Positions 1-10,296 of a stretch of 64,000 nt of DNA are shown here, one piece after another. Location: NCBI GenBank assembly GCA_016840085.1, contig JAEOTA010000004.1, positions 224,001 to 288,000 on the forward strand. Direction: 5' to 3'. The notes under the pieces are model-generated. The model ran no database searches, was not told the DNA's origin, and saw only the letters and a list, made by a program, of their open reading frames with translations. How positions within the stretch are numbered: the stretch's first letter is position 1; every line of letters starts with the position of its first letter. This DNA comes from Promethearchaeota archaeon. GTDB lineage: Archaea > Asgardarchaeota > Lokiarchaeia > Sigyniarchaeales > SOKP01. The position numbers were made by a program, and so were the translations under genes.

Positions 1-579
1 TTGATCCTCCCATCCTTTTGCTAATACTTTATCATTTATTTTTTTATATATGGTAATTGCTTCCGCATATGGGGTTTCTTCTATTACTTCTCCTTCTCTC
101 AGAGCCTTTCTCATTGCTATTTCGTGATCCCGCACTAACTTTTCTGCTTTATCAACCATATTCGATATGAATTTTTCAAATTCTTCCTCTTCCTTTTTCC
201 TTTCTATAACTTTTAGGCTTCCTTCATCAATTACTGATTTTCGTTCTACCTTATGCATTTGTTCTACTTGTTTTTCTCTCTCTGCTTTCTGAGCTTCTGC
301 TTCTAGTAATTTTTCATGTTTCTCTAATTTATCTTGATATATTTTAATTTGATTAGAATATACCCTAGCTTGATCCTCCCATCCTCTTTCTATTACTTTA
401 TTATATATTTTTTTATATATAGCAATTACTTCCGTATACGGGGTTTCTTCTATTACTTCTCCTTCTCTCAGAGCCTTTCTCATTGCTATTTCGTGATCCC
501 GCACTAACTTTTCTGCTTTGTCAACCATATTCGATATGAATTCTTTAAATTCTTCTTCTTCTTTTTTTCTTTCAATAAC
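1..579. repeat. Near-identical intragenic tandem repeat, period 369 bp
   Basis: Positions ~1-210 closely match ~370-579 (e.g. ttcgtgatcccgcactaacttttctgcttt occurs in both). Confidence 0.9.
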
Positions 580-2763
580 TTTTGACTTTTCTTTACTAAT
601 TTTAACTTTTTTACCAACTTTATGCATTTCTTCTATTTCTTTTTGCTTTTCTACTTTTTGTGCTTCAATCTCTCGTAATTTTTGATCTTTTTCTAATCTT
701 TCAGAAAATACAAGAATTTGATTTGTGTAGATTGCAGCTTCCTCATTTCTTCCTTTTGTTAATACCATCTGTTTTGCTCTTTCATAAATCCTAATAATTT
801 CTTCAAATGGAGGATTTTCTGCCAATGTTCCTTCCCTTACTGCCTTTTTCATTGCTAGATCATATTCTCTAGCCATTTTTTCAGCTTTATTAATCATACT
901 ATTGATTAAATCATTAAACTCTTCTTCCTCTTCTTTTATTCTTTTCTGTTCTTCAATTCTTCTTAATTTTTCTTCGTCTAATTGAATTTTCTCTTCTTTT
1001 TTTACTTTTGATATCTCTTCAGGTTCTATTTCTCTTTTTCTTTTCTCAGCTTCAATTTGTCTCAGTTTTTTGTCTTTCTCTAACTTTTCGTTGTATGACT
1101 GAATTTGACTTAATAATATTGCGGCATCTGTCTCCCACCCTCTTTCAAATGCTATCTGTCTTGCGTCTTTGTAAATGTTTATAATTTCTGGATATGGACA
1201 TTTTAATTCAAATCTTCCTTTCCTTAGTGCAACTTCATACTCCCTAGCTACTTTTTCTGCTCGATTAGTCATCTCATCCACATTTTCTTTGATCCTTTTA
1301 ATCTCAATTTCTTTTCTACGTTGTTCTTCCAATGCTCTTATTTTTTCTTCGCTTAAAGTTGGTACTTGTTCCTCTTTTGAAACTTTTAACATTTCTTCAG
1401 CTTCTTTCTGTTTTTTTACTTTATCAGCTTCAATCTTTCTAATTTTTTTATCTTGGTCAAATTTCTGAATGTATATATTAATTGTCTCCTCATAAATTGT
1501 CGCTTCGCTTCTCCACCCTTTATCAATTAATAATTCTTTAATTCTTTTATAAATCTCAATAACTTTTGGATAAATACATTCTTCAATCATTTCTCCCTTT
1601 TTTATTGCCTTCTGCATAGCCAATTCATATTCACGGGCCATACGAGCAGCTTCTGTGACCATATTGTCAATTTGTGCCTTGAAAAACTCATTTTCCATCT
1701 TCTGAAATTCTATTCCTCTTAATCTTTCTATTTTCGCAACCCTTTCTTGTTCCTCTTTTTCCTTTACATCTAACTTGATTTTTTCAACTGGTTGCTTTTG
1801 GGTCTCAATCTCTTTTCTTTTCTCTATTTTTTGTTTTTCACGTTCCTTTAAATAGGTAGCCTTTTGCTGTTCTAATAGAGCTATAGTATCTTCGACTTTT
1901 TTAACTTCATATGTCCAATTTAATTGTTTGAAAAGATTAGCTCCTTCTATATATAATTGTACTGCTTGATCATATTGATAACTTCTCGCAAACTCCGCTG
2001 CTTTTCCCAATAATTCATATGCTTGGGATGAAATTTCTTCCTCCTGTTTTTTAGAAACAAGATATTGCTGTAGTTTTTCTTCCTTTAATTCTTCGTCCCG
2101 TGGTAGAGCTTCTTGCTCTCTTTCAGTCTCCGTTTCAACTTTGGGAGATTCCTTTTTAATACTACGTAAATAATCAGCCTTTTTATTATAACATTCTTCG
2201 ATTAATTTATAAACTCTTTCTACATCATCTGGTTTTTTCATATCTTCATAAATTCCAATTGTTTCATCATATTTATCAAGAGCCTCTTCAAATTCGCCCC
2301 TATCTATTAATTCATTAGCTTTTTCTAATAATATGTTTACCTTATCAGTCAAATCCACTTCAACCTTTTCGTGAACCGGTTCAACTTCAGTTTCAAAAAT
2401 TTTTACTTCTTCTTCGACTCTCTCTTTTTCTAACTCATCAGTTTTTATTTCAGTGGTAATTTCACTTTCTCTAAATACTTGTTCTTTGAGAAGATAAATC
2501 TCAGAAATTTTATTGTTTATAGCTTTAATTTCCTCTTCTCTATTTATCTGAGTGTATATACCAATCGCTTGGCGTAAGACTTCTATTGCATCATCATAAA
2601 ATTGTGTTTCTATTAGCTCCATGGCGTGTTCAGCTAATGCATAAGCTTCAGAAGCAATATCCTCTTCCATTTCCATTAAATCTGAAAAGAAAGCTTCTTT
2701 AGTTGGATCAAATCCATCCTCATCAATTTCTTTCTCAAATTCTCCTTCTTTTTGCTCATCCAT
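1..2763 (-). CDS. Large charged alpha-helical protein: N-terminal TPR-like region plus at least 5 tandem ~120-130 aa repeats (3' end runs off the window)
   Basis: Not in the ORF track. ATG at 2763 (MDEQKEGEFEKEIDEDGFDP...); the frame appears open to position 1. Repeat units such as FKEFISNMVDKAEKLVRDHEIAMRKALREG...PY.EVI.IY...GWEDQ recur. Confidence 0.85.
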   Translation of the reverse strand, partial: MDEQKEGEFEKEIDEDGFDPTKEAFFSDLMEMEEDIASEAYALAEHAMELIETQFYDDAIEVLRQAIGIYTQINREEEIKAINNKISEIYLLKEQVFRESEITTEIKTDELEKERVEEEVKIFETEVEPVHEKVEVDLTDKVNILLEKANELIDRGEFEEALDKYDETIGIYEDMKKPDDVERVYKLIEECYNKKADYLRSIKKESPKVETETEREQEALPRDEELKEEKLQQYLVSKKQEEEISSQAYELLGKAAEFARSYQYDQAVQLYIEGANLFKQLNWTYEVKKVEDTIALLEQQKATYLKEREKQKIEKRKEIETQKQPVEKIKLDVKEKEEQERVAKIERLRGIEFQKMENEFFKAQIDNMVTEAARMAREYELAMQKAIKKGEMIEECIYPKVIEIYKRIKELLIDKGWRSEATIYEETINIYIQKFDQDKKIRKIEADKVKKQKEAEEMLKVSKEEQVPTLSEEKIRALEEQRRKEIEIKRIKENVDEMTNRAEKVAREYEVALRKGRFELKCPYPEIINIYKDARQIAFERGWETDAAILLSQIQSYNEKLEKDKKLRQIEAEKRKREIEPEEISKVKKEEKIQLDEEKLRRIEEQKRIKEEEEEFNDLINSMINKAEKMAREYDLAMKKAVREGTLAENPPFEEIIRIYERAKQMVLTKGRNEEAAIYTNQILVFSERLEKDQKLREIEAQKVEKQKEIEEMHKVGKKVKISKEKSKVIERKKEEEEFKEFISNMVDKAEKLVRDHEIAMRKALREGEVIEETPYTEVIAIYKKIYNKVIERGWEDQARVYSNQIKIYQDKLEKHEKLLEAEAQKAEREKQVEQMHKVERKSVIDEGSLKVIERKKEEEEFEKFISNMVDKAEKLVRDHEIAMRKALREGEVIEETPYAEAITIYKKINDKVLAKGWEDQ

Positions 2764-2902
2764 AAGATTCATCTATTTTTAAAAAAAATTAAGAATAAAA
2801 TTATCCAATAATAATTATAGTCTAAGATAAATGCATTTTTTTACCATAACTAGAATTCATTAATCAATAATAAAAATTTATTTGATTATAGTTCTAACTT
2901 TC

Positions 2903-3283
2903 CTAAACTAACCGATTAAGAAAATCATCGCAAATTTTTCCTCCCTCACTCGTTAGAGTCCACCCATTAGTTTCCCGTTTTACTAGATTTAAATTTTCGA
3001 CACTCTTCAATATTTCATGAACTTCAGAATCTTCTTTACGAATATTAAAATCGACTCTTAAACTAAATACAATCTCATCAATTGGCACAGGTCCGCCAAG
3101 TTCATCTTCCATAACACCTAATGCTGCAATAATTTGGTTCTGTTCCACCATCCCAGCATCCATAGTGTTTGACATTTCATCAAGTAGCCATGGATTTTTT
3201 TTTAGCATTTTTTTAATTGCTTTCTCATCGCCTATCTTGAAAATTGCTTGAAATTCCTCTCTAATCTTCTTCTTTTTAGCCAT
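2903..3283 (-). CDS. Hypothetical protein, probable C-terminal winged-helix
   Basis: 126-aa ORF; the C-terminus LNLVKRETNGWTLTSEG resembles a wHTH wing. Confidence 0.6.
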   Translation of the reverse strand: MAKKKKIREEFQAIFKIGDEKAIKKMLKKNPWLLDEMSNTMDAGMVEQNQIIAALGVMEDELGGPVPIDEIVFSLRVDFNIRKEDSEVHEILKSVENLNLVKRETNGWTLTSEGGKICDDFLNRLV

Positions 3284-3390
3284 TTTTAATCTCCATGCGG
3301 ATTAAAAAAAAAATTTGTGATAAAATATTACTATCTAGATATAAATTCAGATAATAAAATCTTTTAGCAAATAAAAAATCTAAAAAAAGT

Positions 3391-4110
3391 CTATGTTAAT
3401 AAATTTAAATATTTCTCTACATCATCTTTTGAGCACATATAAAACTTTTTATCTTCACCTTTCACCCATGCGAGACGAATATTATCTCTAGTTGCGTCTT
3501 CATCAATCGACTCTTTGAGCGCATTTAAGGTTAATTTAACTAACTCTTCAAAAGTTAAATTTTCTTTATAATTATCAGTGAGGTATTCTCTAGCGGTTGC
3601 TTCTCCGCTACCCAAAGCATATGCTTTAAATGAGCGGTAAATGCCACTAGGGGATGTTGTATAAATTTGTGGGCTGATAGCATCAATTCCTATGAAAAAA
3701 AGAGCACAACCCCATGGACGAACGCCCCCAAACTGAGTATATTGCTGTTTTAGATCTGCTATCGCTTTTGTCAACATATTAAGGCGAACAGGTTCATCAT
3801 ATGTTAATCTAAATGATTGTGCTTGTACTCTAGCATAATTAATTAATGCTCGTGAGTCTGCATGTAATCCTGAAATAGCCACTCCTATATGATCATCTAT
3901 TTGAAAAATCTTATCTATTGAATCAGGATCCATCAACACAGAGGCTATTTTAATCTGAGCAGCTAAACATACATCTTCATTTGATTTAACCGCTATCGCA
4001 AGTGTTCCTCGCCTTACGGCTTCTAACGCATACTCAACCTGAAATAGGCGTCCCTCCGGACTAAACACAGTAAGTGCGCGATCATACGCTCTACCTGCAC
4101 CACCAAACAT
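3391..4110 (-). CDS. psmA: Proteasome alpha subunit
   Basis: YDRALTVFSPEGRLFQVEYALEAV alpha-subunit signature; SGLHADSR; GGVRPWG. Confidence 0.97.
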   Translation of the reverse strand: MFGGAGRAYDRALTVFSPEGRLFQVEYALEAVRRGTLAIAVKSNEDVCLAAQIKIASVLMDPDSIDKIFQIDDHIGVAISGLHADSRALINYARVQAQSFRLTYDEPVRLNMLTKAIADLKQQYTQFGGVRPWGCALFFIGIDAISPQIYTTSPSGIYRSFKAYALGSGEATAREYLTDNYKENLTFEELVKLTLNALKESIDEDATRDNIRLAWVKGEDKKFYMCSKDDVEKYLNLLT

Positions 4111-4237
4111 ACAAATTCTTACCTTCTTTATTCTTTAATTGATAATAGATTGAATTTAGTATTTTAAAATAATTTAAAGAATTTTAACTTATTGTTTATA
4201 GCAAATAAAAAATCAAAAATTTATAGCAAATTAAAAT

Positions 4238-4786
4238 TTAAATCTTTTGAGTGTTCTTGAGAATTGCTAAAGTAATGTCTTTAAATACAGGATTAACCAG
4301 AAGATCTTCTTTCGCACTCGTTTCATAATATCCAAACGCCTTTATTTCATCCTTTAACGCTTCCCCATCTCCTTCTCCAACTTCTCGATTTCCTTGCTCT
4401 GCTAAATCAATTTTATTTCCAACCAAAACACTCGGCTTACCATTACCAATTACTTTTTCTACTTCTAGTTTCCATTCTAATATGTTTTGAAATGAACTCC
4501 TTCTGGTTAGATCGAAGACATATACGATTCCAGTCGCTCCCCGATAAAAAGGGGGCCGCACAAAGCTGAAGTGCTTCTGTCCTGCGAGATCCCATAATTG
4601 AAGCTTAACGAGAAAGTTCGGATACTCTTCAAGCTCTACTTGTTTTGTTGAAAAATTTGATCCAATAGTCATAATATAGTTTTCTTTAAAACTATTTTCG
4701 CAATATTGTAGAACTATTGAAGTTTTTCCTACTCCTCCGTCACCAACAACTACAACCTTATAGATGAAACTCCTTGTAGCAGCCAT
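4238..4786 (-). CDS. Rab-like small GTPase (Ras superfamily)
   Basis: G1 GDGGVGKT, G2 TIG, G3 WDLAGQ, G4 NKID, G5 ETSAK, FYRGA; no C-terminal prenylation cysteine. Confidence 0.95.
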   Translation of the reverse strand: MAATRSFIYKVVVVGDGGVGKTSIVLQYCENSFKENYIMTIGSNFSTKQVELEEYPNFLVKLQLWDLAGQKHFSFVRPPFYRGATGIVYVFDLTRRSSFQNILEWKLEVEKVIGNGKPSVLVGNKIDLAEQGNREVGEGDGEALKDEIKAFGYYETSAKEDLLVNPVFKDITLAILKNTQKI

Positions 4787-4978
4787 TTACTTTTACACCA
4801 TTCTCAATACAGAGAATATTGGAATTTAATTTACGGAAGTTAATATTAATACACTAATTAAAACGACAATCTTTCTTAATTATCGTTATTTTAATGTATA
4901 ATATTATATTATATTCAATAAATAAAAATAATCCCTATTAATATTTTGTCTGATTTACATTTTTGGAGTATTATATAA

Positions 4979-5746
4979 ATGAGTGAGATAGAGGAAAAAA
5001 TCGAAAGACTTGCGAGGTTAATCCTTGAATCAAAAAATATCGTAGTATTAACAGGCGCAGGGATGTCCACTGAAAGTGGTATTGCTGATTTTAGGAGTCC
5101 CAGTACAGGTTTATGGGAAAAAGTCGATCCCTATGAATTTGCATCAATTGACTCATATCGTGCGCATCCAGCTAAAAATTTGGAAGTTATGTTAGAAACA
5201 GGGAGAGCAATTTTTAGTGCACGACCAAATAAAGGTCATAAAGCTTTAACCAGACTTCAAAAACTCGGTAAATTGAAAGGGATTCTTACTCAAAATATTG
5301 ACAGATTACATCATAAAGCTAAAACACAGAATATTGTTGAATTTCATGGTAATGTCATGGAAGCCAAATGCTTACAATGTCGAAGAATTTTTCCAATAAC
5401 AGATATGGTTAATCAAGCCTTGCAGGGAAAAGTTCCTATTTGTGAAGTATGTAATGGAATGTTGAAACCAAATGCTATTTTTTTTGGAGAACCTTTAGAA
5501 TTGGACAAGTTAGCTGCAGCTGATGATATGCTTGTTGATTGTGATTTATTAGTCGTTCTTGGCTCTTCACTTGTGGTTTACCCTGTGGCATGGTATCCTC
5601 AAAAAGCATTATCAATGGGTGCAAAACTAGCTATTATAAACATCCAAGAAACAGATATGGACTCTTTAGCAGAAGTAGTAATTCATGAGAAAATTGGAAA
5701 TGTCTTTCCAAAGGTAGTTTCTATTGTGGAAGAAAAAATCAATTAG
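4979..5746 (+). CDS. cobB: Sir2-family NAD-dependent protein deacylase
   Basis: GAGMSTESGIADFRS, TQNID, HG, two CxxC, GSSLVVYP. Confidence 0.95.
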   Translation: MSEIEEKIERLARLILESKNIVVLTGAGMSTESGIADFRSPSTGLWEKVDPYEFASIDSYRAHPAKNLEVMLETGRAIFSARPNKGHKALTRLQKLGKLKGILTQNIDRLHHKAKTQNIVEFHGNVMEAKCLQCRRIFPITDMVNQALQGKVPICEVCNGMLKPNAIFFGEPLELDKLAAADDMLVDCDLLVVLGSSLVVYPVAWYPQKALSMGAKLAIINIQETDMDSLAEVVIHEKIGNVFPKVVSIVEEKIN

Positions 5747-5801
5747 AATTTATAATATATTTACAATTAATATCTATTTAGAAGGGTTATAGAGATAAGG
5801 A

Positions 5802-6278
5802 ATGAATAAATCTAATCATCGAAGAATTTCAAAAGATAATTATTTTATGAAGATGGCTGAAGTAGCTTCCTTACGTTCAACTTGCATAAAAAGAAAAGTT
5901 GGAGCGGTTCTGGTTAAAGATGATCATATCTTATCAACAGGATATAATGGTGCACCTTCGGGATTGCCACATTGTACACCAGACATCTGCGTTCGAAAGC
6001 ATCTTAAACCCGGCGAAAAACCAGAGTTATGCAGGGGTGTGCATGCTGAAATTAATTGTATAATTCAAGCAGCACTCCATGGAACTGCAATAGAGGGTAA
6101 TACTTCTCTCTATACAACAACATTTCCGTGTATGAGCTGTCTAAAATTAATAATTAATGCAAAAATTAAGCGATTAATTTACAAGGAAGGATATAATATG
6201 GAAAATATGGTAAAAGCTGATCTATTAAAAAATTCTAATATACAAATTGTTAAATTAATGATAAAACAAGATTTCTAA
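5802..6278 (+). CDS. dCMP deaminase family protein
   Basis: RSTC..RKVGAV, TGYNGAP, HAE, PCxxC zinc motifs. Confidence 0.92.
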   Translation: MNKSNHRRISKDNYFMKMAEVASLRSTCIKRKVGAVLVKDDHILSTGYNGAPSGLPHCTPDICVRKHLKPGEKPELCRGVHAEINCIIQAALHGTAIEGNTSLYTTTFPCMSCLKLIINAKIKRLIYKEGYNMENMVKADLLKNSNIQIVKLMIKQDF

Positions 6279-6592
6279 AAGCAAAATTAAATTTTTAAAT
6301 CAGATTGACTTTAAACCTTTCATAGACTATGATAGAGTTAATCAAGTTTTTTACCATAACCTTTATTTTGAAGAGAATAAATTCTTCCTAAAACTCCCAA
6401 TGGTTCGTTTGGTTGGAAAAGAATCATTTAAAAGTAATGATAAGCTCACAATAATAGAGAATAAAAATAAAAGTTAAGCGGATTTAAGATGGGAAAAGTT
6501 TAACTTAACAAAATCAGTCTATCTATTGAGTTATAACGATTGAAAAAAAAATTATAAAGATATTATTAAAAATTCATTTTTTTTAGCTTTTC

Positions 6593-7003
6593 TTAAAAAC
6601 TTACTAACATCAAGCCATTTACGACCTGTAGAGTGAGCAATATGAGTAAAATATAACCTAAATATAAATGACTTTTTCTAAGTTTCTTTCGATCTTTTAT
6701 TAGGAGGCTTAGTGAAACTTGGATTATAACTATGATTAAAGCAAAAACTGCTATCCAACCATGTATTCCTAATATTATAGATTCTCCTGAAAAAAAAGGG
6801 GGTAAAATCATAAAAATAAAAGTAAAAACTACAAAAATCCCCGTTATAATCCCCGAATATTTATGAAATTTATAGAGTTCCTTATGGCCCCTTGAATCTC
6901 CTATTCTACCAATAAACATTGCTCCCAATAAAACCGTAATTACACATAAAAGCAGTGCAGTCGTTCCAAATATAATATGATACAAAAAAGCGGGAAATGC
7001 CAT
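6593..7003 (-). CDS. Four-TM membrane protein, possibly cytochrome b561-like
   Basis: Four hydrophobic segments, each starting near a His (YHIIFG, FHKYSG, IHGWIA, SHLYLG). Confidence 0.6.
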   Translation of the reverse strand: MAFPAFLYHIIFGTTALLLCVITVLLGAMFIGRIGDSRGHKELYKFHKYSGIITGIFVVFTFIFMILPPFFSGESIILGIHGWIAVFALIIVIIQVSLSLLIKDRKKLRKSHLYLGYILLILLTLQVVNGLMLVSF

Positions 7004-7350
7004 TAACTAAATCACATATGATTATTGACTATTTTAAATAAATTATTTGATTATTTTATGTATACTCTCCAATTTAAGATTTTATATCATAAAAAATGTG
7101 TATCTTATAAAAATCGCATATTAAACATTTGTAAAAACAACCTATTAGTATAATTTAAAGGAAGTCGTGTCTTTTAGCAGAAATAGGAAATTGAGCCGTA
7201 AACAAGATGATTGGGTTATTTCTTTGATATTAATTTTATGAATTCACTTCACCTTATTAAATTATTATACATTATAAAGGAAATGGAAACTTATCTAGGA
7301 ATAATAGTTAAAGTTAAAATCAGTCGTGCTTTGTTCGTAAATGCTTGAAA

Positions 7351-7439
7351 ATGTATGCAGGATACAATATGGAAAATATGGTAAAATTTGAATTATTAAA
7401 AAATTCTAATATTGAAATTATTAGATTATAATAAAACAA
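7351..7439 (+). pseudogene. Diverged duplicate of the 3' end of the dCMP deaminase gene
   Basis: 7359-7439 aligns with 6188-6269; translates GYNMENMVKFELLKNSNIEIIRL versus GYNMENMVKADLLKNSNIQIVKL. Confidence 0.8.
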
Positions 7440-7666
7440 CAATTGATTTGACTTAAACAAAAAACTTTTTGACTAGAACGGCCAATTTTTTGCCCATTTA
7501 CTCATAAAAATCAAAGAGAGAATTTTAAAATAAAACCTATAAATATTAAATTATCAAAATTTTTAACTATTAAGTAAAAATTAGTAAAATTATATTCCAA
7601 TTATTAAATTTAAGGATAATAAGTAAAAATAATATCTAAAAACAATAAAGCTAATGAATACTTAAT

Positions 7667-8047
7667 ATGGATGAAACAAAAAATATTATTGACGAATTGG
7701 GAATTATTGCGCTAGAGACTAACATAAAAATTGCTGGAGTAGCAGTTGTGTCTGATTCGGGAAAAATAGTTTACCAGACAGATAATTGGGATCTGACCAC
7801 TCAAACGAACATTATATTGAATGTTATTAAAGGAGACCGCTCATTTGTTTTAAATGATGTAGAATTTTCGGTTGTTGAAACTACTACTGAAGGAATTATT
7901 GGAACCAATGATAATGGAATGGGGCATGTAATATTCGTTCCTTTTCAAGGAGGCGTGCTTGTATCATATGCCATGCCTCGAGCAGATCCACCTAAAACAT
8001 TAGCATTTCTCAAAACTTTTGCGATGAGATTGAGTGAGAAGGTGTAA
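7667..8047 (+). CDS. Asgard (Loki-type) profilin
   Basis: 126 aa; IIDEL...IAGVAVVSDSGKIVYQTDNWDL...GIIGTNDNGMGHV...GGVLVSYA pattern as recalled for Lokiarchaeal profilins. Confidence 0.8.
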   Translation: MDETKNIIDELGIIALETNIKIAGVAVVSDSGKIVYQTDNWDLTTQTNIILNVIKGDRSFVLNDVEFSVVETTTEGIIGTNDNGMGHVIFVPFQGGVLVSYAMPRADPPKTLAFLKTFAMRLSEKV

Positions 8048-8135
8048 TTGTTTGAATGTTTAGATGAAGAATTAAGTTAAGAAAATAGATTTTTATTAAA
8101 TCAATAAAAAAAAAAAGAGTTAAAATTAAAAAATG

Positions 8136-9845
8136 TTATTGTTCTCTCAATAACTTTTTATCTACTTTACCTACAGAAGTAACTGGTAATTCATCAGTAA
8201 ATTCAATGAATTTGGGAACTTCATAAGGTGAACAATTTTCTTTGGCGAAAGCAGTTATTTCTTCTGTTAGTTTCTCTTCATTTCCATCAAATTTATAATC
8301 AGGATCTAACTGGATGAAAGCTTTAACAAGTTCAGATCCAGGTCTATCAGGGTTAGGTAATCCAATTACGGCAACCATACCTATTGCAGGATGTTTAGTT
8401 AATGTATCTTCTAGTTTAGTTGAAAATACTTTATATCCTCCTACAATAATCATATCTTTTGTCCGATCTGCGATTCTCAGATAGCCTTCATCATCCATTA
8501 TTCCAATGTCTCCTGTGTGCATAAACCCATCAGAATCAATTGCTTTCTTCGTCTCTTCTGGTTTATTGTGATACCCTTGCATAACCATAGGACCTTTAAC
8601 ACAAATTTCTCCAGGTTCCCCTAGAGGCATTTCTTTACCTGTATCAGGGTCAACTAGTTTTAACTCTACATTAGGGAAAGGTAAGCCAATATGTCCCAAT
8701 TTCTTCTTTCCTCTTGAAGGATTACCAACTGTTAATGGTGATGTTTCACTCATCCCATATAACTCTATAAGTTTTCCTTCACCAATAACACTTTCAAAAA
8801 TTTCTTGTGATTCTTTCGGAAAAGGAGCTGCAGCGGATATTGCGAAATTTATCATATCTCTATCAATTTTTGTGAATTTAGGATTTTTCAATAACATTTG
8901 GTATAATGTAGGCACATTTGCTAATACAGTAGGTCGATATTTTAACATTTCTTTAATGATATGGGTTGTATCTCTGGGATTTGGGATTAATATTTGACTC
9001 CAGCCTAACATTATAGCATTCGCGCAAGTAAATAATCCTGCGATATGGAAATATGGAAATCCTGATAAAACTAATCCTGTTCCAAATTCCCAGCTAAGCC
9101 AATGTTGAAATATTTTCACATCCGCAACAAAATTTCTATGACTTAACAATGCTCCTTTAGGTGGTCCTGTTGTTCCTCCCGTATATTGAATAAAAGCTAT
9201 ATCCTTTGGTCCCAGTGTAATATTTGGCATGGTGCCAGAATACTTACTTTTAACACTTTTATGATACTCAAGAACTATTAATCCTTCTAATGGCTTAACC
9301 TTACCTTTCGGAATTTTTCCTACTAATTTACCCATAGTCCCTAAGAATTTAGGCATAAATCCTGCAACACTCGTAGTAACAACAAGTTTCAATGATGGAA
9401 TCTTTGTATAAATTTTCGTGATATGACCTGCAAAAACAGCGTCTAAAGTGAGCAATGCGACTTGTTTTCCACCAGATCCTAAATCATTTAATTGATATTC
9501 TATTTGGACAGCTGAAAGGAGGGGAGAAACGCCAGAAATGATCAAACCTGCTTTTAATCCTCCCAAAAATGCGATGATATACTCAGGAATATTGACAATA
9601 TTAATTCCTAGCACATCTCCTTTCTTAAATCCATTTTCAATCAACATATTAGCGAATTCATTTGAAAGCTTATCTAATTTTTCAAATGTGACTTCTGTAC
9701 CATAAAAAAAGAAAGCAGCTTTTTCGGGGAGTTCTTCAAACGTTTTTCTTATTGCTCGAGTAAAAGATGTTTCAAATTCTTTAGGATCCAGATCCTTTAT
9801 GTTTGGGTCCCAATTTGACTTCCAGAATCTATCTTTATATGACAT
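8136..9845 (-). CDS. fadD: Long-chain fatty acid--CoA ligase
   Basis: YTGGTTGPPKG AMP-binding motif, YGMSETSP, TGDIG, DRTKDMI, GKVDK. Confidence 0.93.
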   Translation of the reverse strand: MSYKDRFWKSNWDPNIKDLDPKEFETSFTRAIRKTFEELPEKAAFFFYGTEVTFEKLDKLSNEFANMLIENGFKKGDVLGINIVNIPEYIIAFLGGLKAGLIISGVSPLLSAVQIEYQLNDLGSGGKQVALLTLDAVFAGHITKIYTKIPSLKLVVTTSVAGFMPKFLGTMGKLVGKIPKGKVKPLEGLIVLEYHKSVKSKYSGTMPNITLGPKDIAFIQYTGGTTGPPKGALLSHRNFVADVKIFQHWLSWEFGTGLVLSGFPYFHIAGLFTCANAIMLGWSQILIPNPRDTTHIIKEMLKYRPTVLANVPTLYQMLLKNPKFTKIDRDMINFAISAAAPFPKESQEIFESVIGEGKLIELYGMSETSPLTVGNPSRGKKKLGHIGLPFPNVELKLVDPDTGKEMPLGEPGEICVKGPMVMQGYHNKPEETKKAIDSDGFMHTGDIGIMDDEGYLRIADRTKDMIIVGGYKVFSTKLEDTLTKHPAIGMVAVIGLPNPDRPGSELVKAFIQLDPDYKFDGNEEKLTEEITAFAKENCSPYEVPKFIEFTDELPVTSVGKVDKKLLREQ

Positions 9846-10296
9846 TTTAATACTTTAGTTTTTTTAATTTTAAAATTACAGGAATGATAATATATTATTT
9901 AACGTGACTTATTATAAAGTTTAATTCAGCCGAAAAAAAAAGAACAATATTTCTGTTATGAACTTTATAAATTAAGAATGATGCTCTTATTCTATTTATC
10001 GATGCTCTAAAAATTTTAGATTCAATAGATACAATTTTTTTGTAATGTTCTTCTCCTAATTGCATTCTATTGTCTTGAGCTTTTTGTCGGACACCTTTTA
10101 TCAATTTAGAATTAAACACAATTTATTTTTACTTTTACTCTCCCCCCTCTCTATCCCTATGGAACGCTATTACTTTTAAAAGAACATTTTTTCTTAAAAA
10201 AGGAAATAGATTTACTAATCTGTAGACATAATGCACGTATTTCAGAAAATTGTCGGTGTATCTCTGTTTTATTTTGAAGAATTGTTACTTTATATA

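Noticed and set aside
4979-6278. Sir2 plus deaminase as an anti-phage nucleotide-depletion system
   Set aside because: Both look like ordinary housekeeping forms: a zinc-binding CobB-type sirtuin and a short dCMP deaminase without a kinase domain.
9895-10119. 74-aa ORF upstream of fadD
   Set aside because: No recognisable motif; lies in a divergent promoter region; cannot be supported as coding.
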